Source of the DNA: Vicugna vicugna
Lineage: Eukaryota
Length of the DNA: 64,000 nucleotides
NCBI GenBank assembly: GCA_013265495.1
Contig: MU058531.1
Location: 2,728,911-2,792,910 of the forward strand
Direction of reading: 5' to 3'
This document shows positions 49,617-62,550 of this stretch, one piece after another (position 1 is the stretch's first letter; every line of letters starts with the position of its first letter). The translations under genes were made by a program, and so were the position numbers. The notes beneath the pieces are model-generated. The model worked only from the letters and a program-made list of their open reading frames with translations. It made no database searches and was not told where the DNA came from.

Positions 49617-51003
49617 TTATTCCCATTTTACAGATGAGGAAACTGAATCCTTGAGAAATTTTTAAAAAAAATCTAAATAAGTGCTTAACTGTAATGACCA
49701 CCCATTAGACAGTCCTTCCTGGGTGACCTGGGGCAAGTGACCTCTCTGGACCTCAGTGACTCCATTTGTAAACCACAGCTAGCTAGCACTACTAGTCTGG
49801 TGCCGTACACATAGTAGACTTTAGGTCTGTTATACTATAACCTGGTGCTGTGGTTATCCCCACTGTGCTGGTGAAGATACTGAAGTTCAAAGAACTTAAA
49901 TAGCTTGCCCAAGGTCATCCAGCCAGTCCCTGGGGAGCTGGCTTGTGAGCTAGGTCTGTCTGACTTTAGTATCGCACACTCTCATGGGGTTCAAGGGTCC
50001 TTGTAGCTGTAAAAGAGTCCCTCTCTCTTATATCCCTATTAGATTTCTGCACTGAAAAAAACCGCCTGGTCTGTTTTATTTCTTGTTCCTCACCTGCCAG
50101 CAGTCATCGGCTTGACTGAGAGATCAGGAAAGCTTTCAAAATGGTATTTACTGTTCCCTACCTCCCACAGCCCAGGGGAGAGTTCCAGCCATTCAAAAAT
50201 GTCCACTTTCAAACTATTGCTGGCATTTTCTAGGACCTCATTTTCCAGGACTCAGTGGTTTGTCTCTCCCTCTTCCTGCTGTAAAGATTTCTGCAAGTAG
50301 GTGCAACATTTCTCTAGGGACTTTCAGCCCCAATGAGTCTGAGCTCAACAGGCTCAGTTCTCCAGCTCCTGTTAATAAGGCCTGTCCCTCCCCCTTCCTC
50401 CCATCTCTCCTGGATTATCAGTCCTCCTCTCACTCAGGGAACACAAGAGAAACACAAGAGCTTCTGGGCTGACTGTGCATGGGGACCATGGCCTCACTGA
50501 GAGAGAATTGAGGGCCTGTCATCTTCCAGCATGTTCAAGTGGCCAGGGAAGATGTGGCTGTTTCCCGTAATATCATGTTTTCAACCCGGTTGCTGGAAGG
50601 AAATGTGTCTGAGTGAGAAATACAGTGGTTTGGGAAGTCTGCTGTCTATAATCACGGGCACTGGTGGATTCACTGTCCACTAATGAAGAGATGCTATGTG
50701 GAGATAGAGAGCACCCGGGTCTGTTATCTCCCTCCCTTTTCTTTACCCCTCTGACTTTGGGCAAGACACTTGACTTTATTGGAACTGTTTTCTTGTCTGG
50801 AAAATGGGAATAAAATGGTCCAGTTCTCCCCATATCAAAGGACTGCCGAGAGAATCATAGTAGTAATGGATGCGACAACTTTTGCAAACATTACATACAA
50901 TCATGTAAGCCTGAGGGCAATGGGTGAGTTATAGCAGGATGAGGAAGGAAGGTCATAGGAAGTCAGCTCTACAAAGAGATGAGATCAGAAGTTCAGGGGA
51001 CTG

Positions 51004-51194
51004 TTAATTAGTATATATAAAATAGATAAACAACAAGTTTCTTCTGTACAGCACAGGGAACTATATTTAATGTTTTATAGTAACCTATAATGAAAAAGAA
51101 TACAAAAATGAATATATGTATATGTATGACTGAAACATTATGCTGTACATCAGAAATTGACACATTGTAATTGACTATTCTTCTGTTAAAAAAA
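51004..51194 (+). mobile_element. Very short 5'-truncated L1 3' end
   Basis: 'aatagataaacaacaag...gcacagggaactatatt...gctgtacatcagaaattgacacattgtaa' + A-tail; TSD aggggactg 50995-51003 / 51195-51203. Confidence 0.9.
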
Positions 51195-52549
51195 AGGGGA
51201 CTGAACTCCAGCAGATCTTGACAGATAATCCTGATCTTACATGTATATACCCAACATGTATCCTATTTTCCCACTTCAAAATGATTGTGAATTACTGGAT
51301 TTTTATGACTGATTGGGGAATTTTGTTTCTGTATGTCTTTCAAAGCATTTTTATCTCTTAAGATTTTGGGTAGTGTGAGGAATGCAACAGGAGTAAAAAT
51401 CAAGGGAAACAACATACAGCTGAACCAAACCTGCACCTATGGTCAGTAGTGAAGTTAGACAGATTACGTAACAAATTAATTTATTATATAAATGATAAAT
51501 TCAAACATATTTGCAAATAATAAATACTTCTAAAAAAATCTAGCAGGTACAAAAAAGAACCAAATAGAATTTCCAGAAATAGAACGTATAGAAACTGAAA
51601 TTAAACACAATTTCATAAACAAATTGAGGACTGTTCTAGTTGGGAAAAGGTAAGCAGCAGGGCTTCCCATGGAAAGGAACATTAGGCTCGGTGTTATTGG
51701 AGCTGTGGGTGGTGTGGGAAGGGAAGTAACATAGAGCTCTGGAAGCTAGACTTCTTATAGTTTCAGAGATCTCAAAAGTGTTGACTTCTTTGGCAGCAGT
51801 AGTGGCATCAGCATCAGAGTCAAATCCTCAAGGAACAGAAACCAGGACTTCTTTGGAGAAAATGGAAAAGGAATGAGAGACGAAGGCATCACCAGCTCTT
51901 ACCAAGCCGTTCAGAAATAGGCAGTGTCTGTCTGTCTCTAAATTCCAACTCTGATCCAGAACAGGAAAGCATAATTAGCAGACTTAGGAATTATTCTTGA
52001 AAATCAGCTCTAATTAAACAAAGGCCATTTGTCTTTTCTGACTGCATTGTCTTAAAATTGAAGCTGGGAATCCAGGTTCCTGAAATCTTTCCAGGATGTG
52101 AGACTTCCAATCAAAGTGGAAGGACATAAAAAATGAATGGAAATATACATCAAAGCCCAGAATCATAAAACTTGGAACTGAAGAAACCACAGAATTACAG
52201 TAGGGCAATCCCCTTGTTAACAGAAGAGGAAACTAAGCCTTAGAGAAAGAGTGTGGCAGACACAGATCACACAGTCAACCTTCTAACCTCCAGTCTGAGG
52301 CTAAAGCAATAGAACCAACCAAAGCAGCCTCCCTTGGCTCAGAGAAAAAAAATCTTTGTGGATGGGGTTGTGAAGCCCAGGTCATCTGATAAATGGTTGG
52401 CCAAATCAAAATATAGAGAGACAAGGGCTGGCTGAGCACAGGGAGGTGAGCCTGCCAGGAAAGGCTTGGAGGAGATGAGCTTTTATGTATATAATTGAAG
52501 TGTAGTTGACTTACAATGTTAGTCTCAGGTGTACAGCAAAGCAATTCAG

Positions 52550-52550
<1 letters not shown>

Positions 52551-52586
<36 letters not shown>

Positions 52587-52601
52587 CACACACACATATA
52601 T
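52551..52601. repeat. (TA)n-(CA)n microsatellite
   Basis: Run of about 15 TA units followed by imperfect CA repeats. Confidence 0.9.
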
Positions 52602-52960
52602 AGTTTCTTTTACATTATGTATTATTACAAGAAATTGAATATAGTTCCCTGTACTATACAGTAGGTCCTTGTTGTTTATTTTACACATAGTAATGTGTAT
52701 CTGTTAATCCCAGACTCCTTATTTATCTCTCCCCTGCCCTTTCCCCTTTGGTAATCATAGTTTTCTATGTCCGTGAGTCTATTATTGGTTTGTAAATAAG
52801 AGTTGTGTCTTTTATTTTAGATGCTACACGTAAGTGATATCATATGATATTTGTCTTTCTCTGTCTGACTTACTTCACTTAGTATAATAATCTTTAGGTC
52901 CATCCATGTTGCTGCAAATGGCATTACTTCATTCTTTTTTATGGCTGAGTAATATTCAAT

Positions 52961-52999
52961 TATATATATATATACACACACACACACACATACACACAC
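52961..52999. repeat. (TA)n(CA)n microsatellite
   Basis: tatatatatatatacacacacacacacacatacacacac. Confidence 0.9.
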
Positions 53000-55214
53000 C
53001 ACATCTTCTTTAGGAGATGAGCTTTGACACAGGCCTGACACCGGCCCCTAGCAGGTTGTGCTAGGACTGAAGATACTATGGGAGGAAGGAAAGGTGCTTT
53101 AGGCTGGAGATATGATATAACCAAAGGCCCAGAGGTAGGAGCACATGCAGATTGGCTGGGTTGATTTGTTTATTCAACAAGCATTTGCTGAGAACTGGTC
53201 ATGTGCTGGGCACAGCACAGGCCAACTGGACGTGGTCCCTTCTCTCGCCAACTTTATAGTCCAGTGGGCTGGGGAGGAGAGGGAGGGAGATAGGACCACC
53301 AGCAGGAGTTCAAATGTCAACTGTGGAAGGACTTTGGATCCATTCCAGGGCAAAAAGAGGAAACCAGAAAACAAATAACTTACTAGTTGCCATCATTACT
53401 GTTACTGCCAGAACCTCCTGCCTCTCAGGGCTCTGGTTGTCCCAAGCTGTTCCTTCAGGAAGCAGACCAGACTGTGAACAGTCGGTGTTTTGGGCACTGG
53501 GACTGTAGCTGCTTCTATTTGCTTCTTTATACTTTTGTATCCTTTTCAAGCTTTCTACCTTAAATATACACTCCTTTGAGAATAAGAAAAAATAATTAAA
53601 ACAACTTTTTATAAAGTATATATTTAAACTACTGATATTAACCATAGGTATCAAATACACTGATATGGAAAGAAATCCACAATATATTACTGAGTGGAGA
53701 AAAAGAGCAAGCTGGGAGACACAGGATGAAACATATAATGTGATCTCATTACTGTAAAAACAACCCTACAAATGTATGATATTATATATGTATAATACAT
53801 ATATATACTTAGAAACTTCTAGAAGAACCTACAGAAAACTCTGGTGGAGGGAGGGGGAGTTTTACTTTCACATTCTTCTGAATGTTTGAATGTTGACAAT
53901 CAGCATGTGTGAACTCTTGCCATTTTAAAGCCCCAAAATACACAGCTATGAGGTGTCATGTACTGGGTGTATTAGCTCTGGGTACTGTGCTGGCACGTTC
54001 CTTCTCACTGCTGGTGGCTTCCCCTTGGTTGTCCTATTCTCTCGACACCAGGGAACGAGTCCTTTCAACTCAAGTCTGTGCCCGCCCCACCCCGACAGAC
54101 TCTTCAGCTGGAACCTATCTTGGGCTCCTTGGACCTTCCCTCCAGGGACACGGGTCTACAGCTTCTCCAGGTATGGTCAGGCTTTGTGGGACAGGAAGCC
54201 TGTGGAGGTTATTTTTCTGCCTCCTCTGTGGAGCTCCCTTTGCCTGAAGAAGTGTTTGTGGTGGGGATGGTGACCTGGAGGAGGCTGTGGACACCCAGTG
54301 GAGTGGAGGTGGGGCCATCTCTGCCTTGTCCTGCCCCATGGTGGGAAGGATTAGGGAGGCTCCCCACCTCCCCCTTGGCACCCACCTGTGGCTGATAGCC
54401 CCTGTGGCCCACAGGCTTTCTTCCTCTCACCTTGCCCAGCCCAGGAAGGAGGCTGAAATAATTAACACCTAAGTGGAAACAGTTTTACGAGGGACTGTGA
54501 ACTCCTCCAAGAATCTGCATTTTAAACCTTTGGTCGCTAATTGTGGAATGCAAGCTTTTGTCTCCTCTGAAAGGAAGTAAGGTGATGAAGGTGGAAATCA
54601 GGTGAAGAGGGGAGAGGGTCCTCTTTGGGCAGGGCCCCCCTAAACTTCCTACCTCCAAGCCTGGTGCAGATGAAAAACCTGAGTTTGGGGAGTGTCACCC
54701 AGAACAGTTGGTTCGTGCGCCCCACCCCACCCCCCTGCCCCTCCTTAAAGGTTTCTGGATGTGAGCTCTGTAATCCAGTCTGGGGTGGGGGTTTGGGGCG
54801 TGTCTGTAGCCTGTCTGTGACCTGGGGCCCAACTGTCTCTTCCCTGAAGCAGGCGAGGCCCAGCCTGGCACCCCAGCTCTCAGGACAGATGGCCCGTGTG
54901 TGGTGGCAATTGGGGGCCCAGAAATAAGTCTGAACGGGCTTAAAGGGGTAGGGGACTCCAGAGAGGAGGAAGTCAGCATGACCTAGGAGGACTTTTCAAG
55001 TATCAATTAATTTTTTGAATGTGTAGGATGTTTAAAAGGTTCAGAAGACACAAACAAGCATCCTTCTTACCCCTAGCTCCCAAGTCTCTCTCTCTCACTC
55101 TTTATGTAAGTGTGTATCTATATGTATGTGTATGCATTTACATTTAATGACTCTCTGCAGAATCCATTGTTTTTCATCTTTTTTTTCACAAAGCAATACT
55201 TTCCAGGTCTACTA

Positions 55215-55400
55215 CTTGCTGTGAGACATGTTAATGTCATTCATTTCCTTGTGCTCAACCTCCTCCTCTGTAACACGGAGGATAATAAGATTACTGACCT
55301 CATGGGGCTGTTGTGAGGACTAAATGTGTTAATTCATGTAAAGTCATTAGGCCAGTGCCAGCACACAGAGTACTGTCAAGTGTTAGCTGGTATTATTATC
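55215..55400 (+). mobile_element. MIR
   Basis: 'cctcctctgtaacacggaggataataagattactgacctcatggggctgttgtgaggactaaatgtgttaattcatgtaaag'. Confidence 0.75.
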
Positions 55401-56869
55401 ACGGGCTTTGAAAACAAAAACAGAATTTTAGCTGTGATCACCCGAGAAAACCCTAAGAACTAGAATCTGTCTTTTAAGGTACATAAAGTACGTGTGTGTA
55501 TATGTGGGAAAGAGAGAGAGGGAAGTGGTGATGTAATACTAGAAGAAAAAATGGTGATTGATTCTCGGATTCTGATTCCAGAAACTGAGAAATGAACACG
55601 AAGGAAATAGAACAGCAGCAGTAACAACAAAAGCTCCTGTTCATTGCCTGTCCACCGCATGCTAGATGCTGGCCCATCCTCTGATACACTTTACTTAAAG
55701 CCTGCAAAAGAGCCTCGCGGGCAGGTATTATTCTCAGGTACTGAGGAGGACAGAGACTGGTTAATTCGTAACAGGAAGACAGTCAAAGTCATGTGAGCTT
55801 TGGTCCTCTGAGTTTCCTGGTTTTGCCGACCACATGGTGTAACAGCCATCGTGTGTTTAAGTACGGATCAGTGCTGGAAGTTATATCTGATTCCACACTG
55901 TTCTCTGTGCATGGCTCCCGAGTTCTCATGTTGCCCCTGCGGCAGGCATGGTCTCTGCTTAAACCAGCAAAAAATAAAGAAGTAGGGGAATTCCTGACTT
56001 CAAGCCTCATCAGTACCTCATTTATTGATACTCTGTGATATGTAACTTCAAGGCAGTCATGGAAGCAGATCCTTTTCCCATCTTACTTCTCAGATGGGGG
56101 CAATCTGCCTTCTTAAGCACACCTGGGAAACTGCACTTGGCCTTTCTTTCCATCTGTCTCTGAGCATCACTTCGGTGTTGCCGTCTGCTTTCTGTGCCTT
56201 TGACTGGCCTTCCTGCCATCAGCCGGTTTCCTGTGGCAGACCCCTGGTCCAGTCCTTAGCATGCTGCACTCTGAGAAAGCAGCAGATGAAGTCTTGATAG
56301 GGCTGTGCAGAACCCAGGACTGATAGGTCCAAGGGACAGTCAGTCCTATGGGGTAAATGGTCACAGCTGTTTATGGTGTGTTTTATGCTAACCTTCTGGG
56401 TTCTCTGCATTCTAGTTTGTTGGAGTTATGGCCACCTAAACTCATGTTAAGTGATAACAGTCAAAAGCACATTTCTGTCTCTGGTGAGAGCCAAGAGCAG
56501 TGAGGGAGGAATTAGCCATATAAATATTTGGTGACATTCAAATGGTGTGGGTTTTGTCCCTTTCCCCAAGTGCAGGAGGGCAGTGCAACACCTGCCCAGT
56601 GGTCGCCTCTTCCCCGACCCTGGCACAGAGCCCTGGTACCTGCGAGAGGACTGGCCGTGGTCTCAGGGGCTGGCAGGCAGGGGAGGCAGCCCTTGTGTTG
56701 TCTTGGTTTCACAGGCTGTGCCTGAGACTCTTCCCCTTGAAGAGCTGGCTCAGGAAGAACATAAGTAACAGTGACAATCAGAAGCAAATACACGATTGAT
56801 GATTCCGCTGATAGGGTTTCTGATGAAAATAAGTCACAGGAGAGATTGTTTAGTGAGCTGAAGTGGTGC

Positions 56870-57840
56870 CATTGTAAGTTCTGCCCCGTTACCCTGGGTC
56901 TTTTGTTCTGTGAACTGCCTGTTACCTTCCTATGCCTGCTCTTCTGTTGAGCTGCACTTACAGATCTTGCTGATTGGGGTGAATTCTCTTTAAAATAGGA
57001 AATTAACCTTGTCTTATCACAGGTTGCAAACAACTTCCACCAGCGTTATATATCTTATTTTGTTTACGCATTTATTTTTGCCATATGGAAATACATTTTT
57101 GTACATAAATCTTTAATGTACACAGATGCATCCATTGTTTCTTCTGGCTCCTAGATTTCACAGCTCACTTGGCAAGTTTTCTACTCTCAGATTATACATT
57201 TTACATGTTTTCTTTGTGACATTTTATGGTTTCATTTTTAAAATTTATGTCTTTGATCCAACTAAAGATTTTTGGTGTTAAAGATTAAGGTAGGGGTCTA
57301 ACGGCATGATTTTTTTCCAACTGATTATCAGTGGTCCCCCACCCCAAACCGTTTACTGAATGATCTTTTGCCACTTTTATCATAAGCTAAATGTCCATGT
57401 GTATTTCAGTCTGTTTATGGCCCCCTCCTAGTCTGTTGCACAATTTTTCTTCACTATATACTGTTTTAATTATTGGTGATTCACAATGCATTTTAATATG
57501 CAGTAGGAGCGCTACATACTTAGTTTTCTTTGGATTTTCCCCTATTTTCACGTTTACTCTTCTAGATAGATTTTAATATCATTTTACAGCCCTCCTCCAT
57601 CCTCTTGATATTTTATTGGGAAAGGCATTGAGTATATACATTGCTTTAGGGAGAATGACACCTGAAGATGGACATATCTTCCCATTTACTTCAGTTTTCT
57701 TTTATGAACCCCAGGAGAACTTGACAGTTCTCTTCTTACAGATCCTGCAGTCTCTTTGTTAAACATATCCCTGCGAATGTCATCTCTTCAGTTGTTATAG
57801 CAAATGAAATATATGCTTCTCATATTTTCTAACTGGCTAT
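56870..57840 (-). mobile_element. Ancient L1M ORF2 remnant
   Basis: T-rich antisense L1 motifs 'ggttgcaaacaacttcc','tttatgtctttgatccaact','tttagggagaatgaca','catatcttcccatttacttcag','catattttctaactgg'. Confidence 0.65.
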
Positions 57841-59699
57841 GTGACTTTGGGCAAATCACTCACTCTCCCTGGGCCTCAGTTCCCTCGTCCACAGCGAAGG
57901 GAGCACGTCTCTAAGATCCCTGCATCTCAGGCTAGCTGAGGAGTTTATAAAGTAGTCAAGGACTATGTGCAGGATGCTGGTATTTTCAGGGGCAGCTCGC
58001 TCTCATTGCATTTTCATGAGCAAGACCCAGGGTCAGCTCAGTTTCTCTGGTCCCAGCTGTGCAAACACACACCTGGGTCAACCCTAATTGGAGCCTCTGT
58101 GAGTCTCCTGCCGCCTCCAGTGATTCACCAAGACTCCACTCTTCCTGCAGGCTGGACACCCCTGCAGGATGGGTAGCAACTTTGTTCCACACCAATCATT
58201 CTTTACTGGGCAGCTACCATGTGCCAGGCACCATGCTAGCCTCTGCATGGGGCCACTGGCTGTTTATCTGATAGGGTGGACAACCGCTTTGGATAATTCA
58301 CACCTCCAAGGGCAATTTGCATTTAGGGGTTGATTCTGAGTTTCCTTTGGCTTCGTTGTACCCTGCGCCAATGAACTAGCCAAGGGCCTTTCCTCCAGGA
58401 TATGAAGAAGACACAGGGGACGTGGTACTGGAGGGAGAGGATGCTCAGAGTACTTCTTAGAGAGACTGAGAACATCGGACTGGCCAGCCTGGGGAAACCC
58501 AGCTCAGCCTCCAACCCAACGGAATCTCTTCCACACTTTCCAGCTGCCACACTCCCCACTGTGTTGATGACTGGGTGACAGGCTTACACTCCTAATCCCA
58601 GGAGGGACCCCACTGATGCATTTACCGTTTAACCTAATTGTTTCTTTAATTGAAAGTCAGCAGATAAGCACAGGTTTCTTTCCCATGCAAAAGAGGTTTG
58701 GACTAGAAGAAACAAGCCAATGGCATAAAAAAACAAATGGCAGCTTTAGCCTGGCTTGGGGGGAGATGGGCTTTGTGCCTCTAGTTCTTGCATCATAATG
58801 TACTGGAGTTAATTTGACTGGTGGGGGTGCTTAGTTAGCCAGACACTTAATAGGATTGAAGCGGGATGGAGGTGGGCGACTTTCAGGCCCTGCCAGGATA
58901 AGAATGGACGAGCTAAGCCCTCTTTTCTTTAAGGAAACAGCTCCCACACTTGTGCAGGCCAAAATAATTAAGTAATTAGCAAAGGCATTTGTCAAAATGC
59001 CCAGTGGGACTGACGAAAATGACAGCTTTGAGAAGGATGAAGAGCTTGCAAATGACATTTTCTCCAGGCTGGGAGCTGGGGTCAGGCCTGCAGCCTGCAA
59101 GGAAAACGCCTGCCTGGGACTCCAGGGTCCCAGCTCAACCTTTGGGGTTCAAGTTCACCTCCCTGTGGCAAAAGCCAAGCTCCTATTTCTAAGGAGGCTT
59201 TCTTGAAAGGCCTTTGGAACATCAAAGGGCTCTTAACGCACAGCAAGTAAGTGAAAAATAAGGGAGTCATTTTCGTTTTCAAAGGGTTGAGACCGTTAAA
59301 CAGCCAAGTCCGTGGTAGAGAAAGCATTTGTGGTTTATTGAAATTAAGACTGGGGAAATAGCTGGAGGCCATAAGGCAGTCATCACTGTGGACAATGAGT
59401 GCATTCTGTACCTACTGTGTGCAGGGCAAGTTCTTGGGTTTTCCTAGGGCCATCATGGTGTCCATCCTGAAGAGAGGTGTGCAGTATTTGCTGTTGTGGG
59501 GACACTAATGGTACCAACCACTTAGGGGCCCCTTCACTATGCCAGGCAGATGGTATCTCGTTCAGTGCCCACAACAACCCTGTGTTGTTGGCATTCGTTT
59601 TTCTCCGTTAATAGATGGAGAAACTGAGGCTCACAGCAGTCAGGTCACTTAGATCTGAGAGGCAACAGAAAGGGAAGGTCAGGAGCAATGAAGTCATAA

Positions 59700-60480
59700 T
59701 GACCTGCTTTGACAGCAGAGTCTACTTTTATAAGTCAAAAGAAATAAGAACTGAGAAATGATGGTTAGATTTGGAAATCTGGAGTTGCTAGTGGCAGGAG
59801 AGTGGTATTTCCCTGGAGTGAGATGGGGAGTCGGACGTGGTGAGGGGAAGGTGTGAAGAGTGAGTCTCCAAAAACAGCCAAGGGGAGAAACATCACTACT
59901 GGTCCAGTTGGGGAAGTTTTCCAAGCCTGCAAGAGAGTTTGAAGATGCCAGAAAGGGAGGGAATACTTGAGAAAGATTGGTTCTTTCTGGAGGAGGTGGT
60001 CCTGAGGGTAACATGCAGCTTAGAAATGAGGTAACCTTTGGCGGGGGTTGGGAGAAGGTGGACTGGTGGGGAGAGGAGGCTTGAGTGTTCCTGAGAAAGG
60101 GGAAAATGAAGGAGAGGTTGTGTCACGTTATTATGCCATTTAAAAGTTAGAAAGAAGGCAATTGATTCAGAGGTGCTTCTGGGAGGCAGGGGAGAAGAGC
60201 AGAGAGCACTTAGGTGGAGAGAAAGTGGCTAACATGGGCACTGTCTATGGAGGAAGTCAAGTTATGCCAAGAACCAGTGGGGCTGAGTGGAGTGGTAACA
60301 GTATGGAGGTTGTGGCCAGAAACAGGAGCTTGGAGCTCAAGAGCTTGGAGGCAGAGCATTTCCACAGATGTAAGTGGTGTCAGGGCTGGGGGTTGGAGGT
60401 GCCTAGAATGGGGCAAGATTGAAAGGATCTTAGAAGCCCAGGGGTCATGGGTCTCTCCGTGGGTACTGAATGAATGATGG
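59700..60480 (-). mobile_element. L2 body remnant
   Basis: Purine-rich decayed sequence such as 'agatttggaaatctggagttgctagtgg...ggagtgagatggggagtcggac' typical of antisense L2. Confidence 0.45.
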
Positions 60481-60767
60481 CAGGCAGGGTGTGTCAGGTA
60501 CCAAAGTTTTCCAGGAATAATGCCAAGAAGGGTAGGAGAGGATGGAAACAAAGATGAGGTGAGAACAGTGTGGGAGGGCTTCTGGTGGGAAGAGTTGGGG
60601 CAGTGGTGGTGGCTTCACCACCTGGGGGACAAAGAGTAAACCTTTGCCTCTTCTTTTTAGAGGTGGTGAGAAATATTGAGGCTTTGGGGTCAAGACCAAC
60701 CAGCTTCTAATCCTGGCTTTCAGCTTACTAGTTGTGTGGCCTTGGAGAGGTCACCCAGGATATTTCT

Positions 60768-60920
60768 TTTTTTAAAAAAAACCACCTTTATTGTGGTATG
60801 ATTCCTGTACAGTAAACTACACATATTTCAGATGTACACTTTTATGGATTTTGATAGATGTATAAACCTATGAAAACACTACCACAATCAAGATAGCTAA
60901 CATTTCCATCACTCCCCAAG
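60768..60920 (-). mobile_element. Old L1MC/MB-type 3' terminus
   Basis: 'ctttattgtggtatgattcctgtacagtaaactacacatatt...accacaatcaagatagctaacatttccatcactcccc'. Confidence 0.75.
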
Positions 60921-60924
60921 AGGT

Positions 60925-61670
60925 GTAAATTTCAAACTCCCAATTTATCCCTCCCCACCCTCTTTACCTTCTGGTAACTGTAAGTTTGTTTTCTATGTCT
61001 GTGAGTTTGTTTCTCTTTTGTAAATAAGTTCATTTATGTCCTTTTTTTTAGATTCCACATATGAGTGATCTCATATGTATTTTTCTTTCTCTTTCTGGCT
61101 TACTCCACTTAGAATGATATTCTCCAGGGACATCCATGTTGCTGCAAATGGTGTTATGTTGTCGATTTTTATGGCTGAATAGTATTCCATTGTATAAATA
61201 TACCACTTCTTCTTTATGCAGTCATCTTTTGATGGACATTTAGGCTGTTTCCATGTCTTGGCTATTGTAAACAGTGCTGCTATGAAAATTGGGGTTCAGG
61301 TGTCTTTTTGAAGTAGAGTTCCTTCTGTATATATGCCCAGGAGTGGGATTCCTGGGTCATCATATGGTAAGTCTATTCCTAGTCTTTTGAGGAATCTCCA
61401 TACTGTTTTCCATAGTGGCTGCACCAAACTGCATTCCCATCAGCAGTGAAGGAGTGTTCCCTTTTCTCCACAGCCTCTCCAGCATTTGTCATTTGTGGAC
61501 TTTTGAGTGATGGCCATTCTGACTGGTGTGAGGTGATACCTCATTGTAGTTTTGATTTGCATTTCTCTGATAATTAGTAATGTTGAGCATCTTTTCATGT
61601 GCTTTTTGGCCATCTGGATGTCTTCTTTGGAGAGATGTCTATTTAGGTCTTCTACCCACTTTTTGATTGG
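60925..61670 (-). mobile_element. Younger lineage-specific L1 (ORF2 end + partial 3'UTR)
   Basis: Co-linear with the L1s at 5602-6125 and 18040-18612 ('tttagattccacatatgagtgatctcatatg','catccatgttgctgcaaatgg'); lacks its own terminal ~200 nt. Confidence 0.9.
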
Positions 61671-62550
61671 CCACCCAAGTTATTTCTGAATATTAAAACT
61701 CATTGACAGAATGGAGGGGTTGGGTGTGTGGGGGTTTAAACGAGGTTCTGATCATAGGGAATCTGGAACAGCCCCTGGCACACAACTGGTGCTCAGTAAA
61801 TGTCTGCTGTCAGAAATGTCTGAGCTGGAAGAGACCCCAGGTCATTTGGGCCAACAGACGAGGAAAAGGAAGCCCAGAAAGGCCACAGATTAGGGAAGAT
61901 GCTGGGGTTCCCGTGAAGTCACGGAGTGCAGGTCTCTGGTAAAAGCCACGTGAGGGGCAGGGCACAGGACGGGAGAGATTCCAGAGTCTGCAAGATCTCC
62001 AGCCAGGCGCTGACTTTGGGTACAGGCTGGGTGGTGTGTGTGTTAGGGGTGAGGGGGACAGGTCATAGCTCTTTCCAGAGTGAGGAGCGCACACAGGGAC
62101 ATAAAGCTTGCCTTCTAAGTGCTTGTGACAAGGTCTTCCAAACAGCCAAGCAAGCATGTTGTCTGTGAGGGAAGTGATATTCCAGAGCTATATACACCTC
62201 CCGTCTCCAAGCTTGGACCTGTCATGGCAGCAAGTTCTTTGCATGGAGATGACTTTAATTTGCAGTTGACAGCACTCACCTTTGCATGCCCAGTGTCTAT
62301 AGATACTTACTGGATCGGTGAATGCATAACCTCTTCTTTGTTTTTGGTGATGACACATCTCTCTGTCCATCTCTGCAGTGGGTTGGCTATGTGGGGGTGA
62401 ACGACCCAGGTTCAGGAGTTTGACAAGTGAGAATTTAAATCTCACTTTTTTCATTTAATGCAGGTGACTTTCTCTAAACCTCTCAACTTCACAGATCCTC
62501 AACTTCCTCATCTATAAAGTAAGAATAACAATACCTCTTTTACCTCTTTT

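Larger units (their letters stand above)
52484..53011 (-). mobile_element. 5'-truncated L1 3' end carrying (TA)n/(CA)n microsatellites
   Basis: ORF 52817-53041(-) = EYYSAIKKNEVMPFAATWMDLKIIILSEVSQ (ORF2p C-term); exact 14-bp TSD aggagatgagcttt 52470-52483 / 53012-53025. Confidence 0.93.

Noticed and set aside
56512..57033. 173-aa minus-strand ORF
   Set aside because: The N-terminal part is decayed L1 ORF2 and the rest is unrecognisable; not a supported gene.
58997..59206. 69-aa ATG ORF with acidic N-terminus (MPSGTDENDSFEKDEELANDIFSRL...)
   Set aside because: Looks protein-like but I recognise no homologue, promoter or exon structure; it would need TBLASTN/PhyloCSF support.
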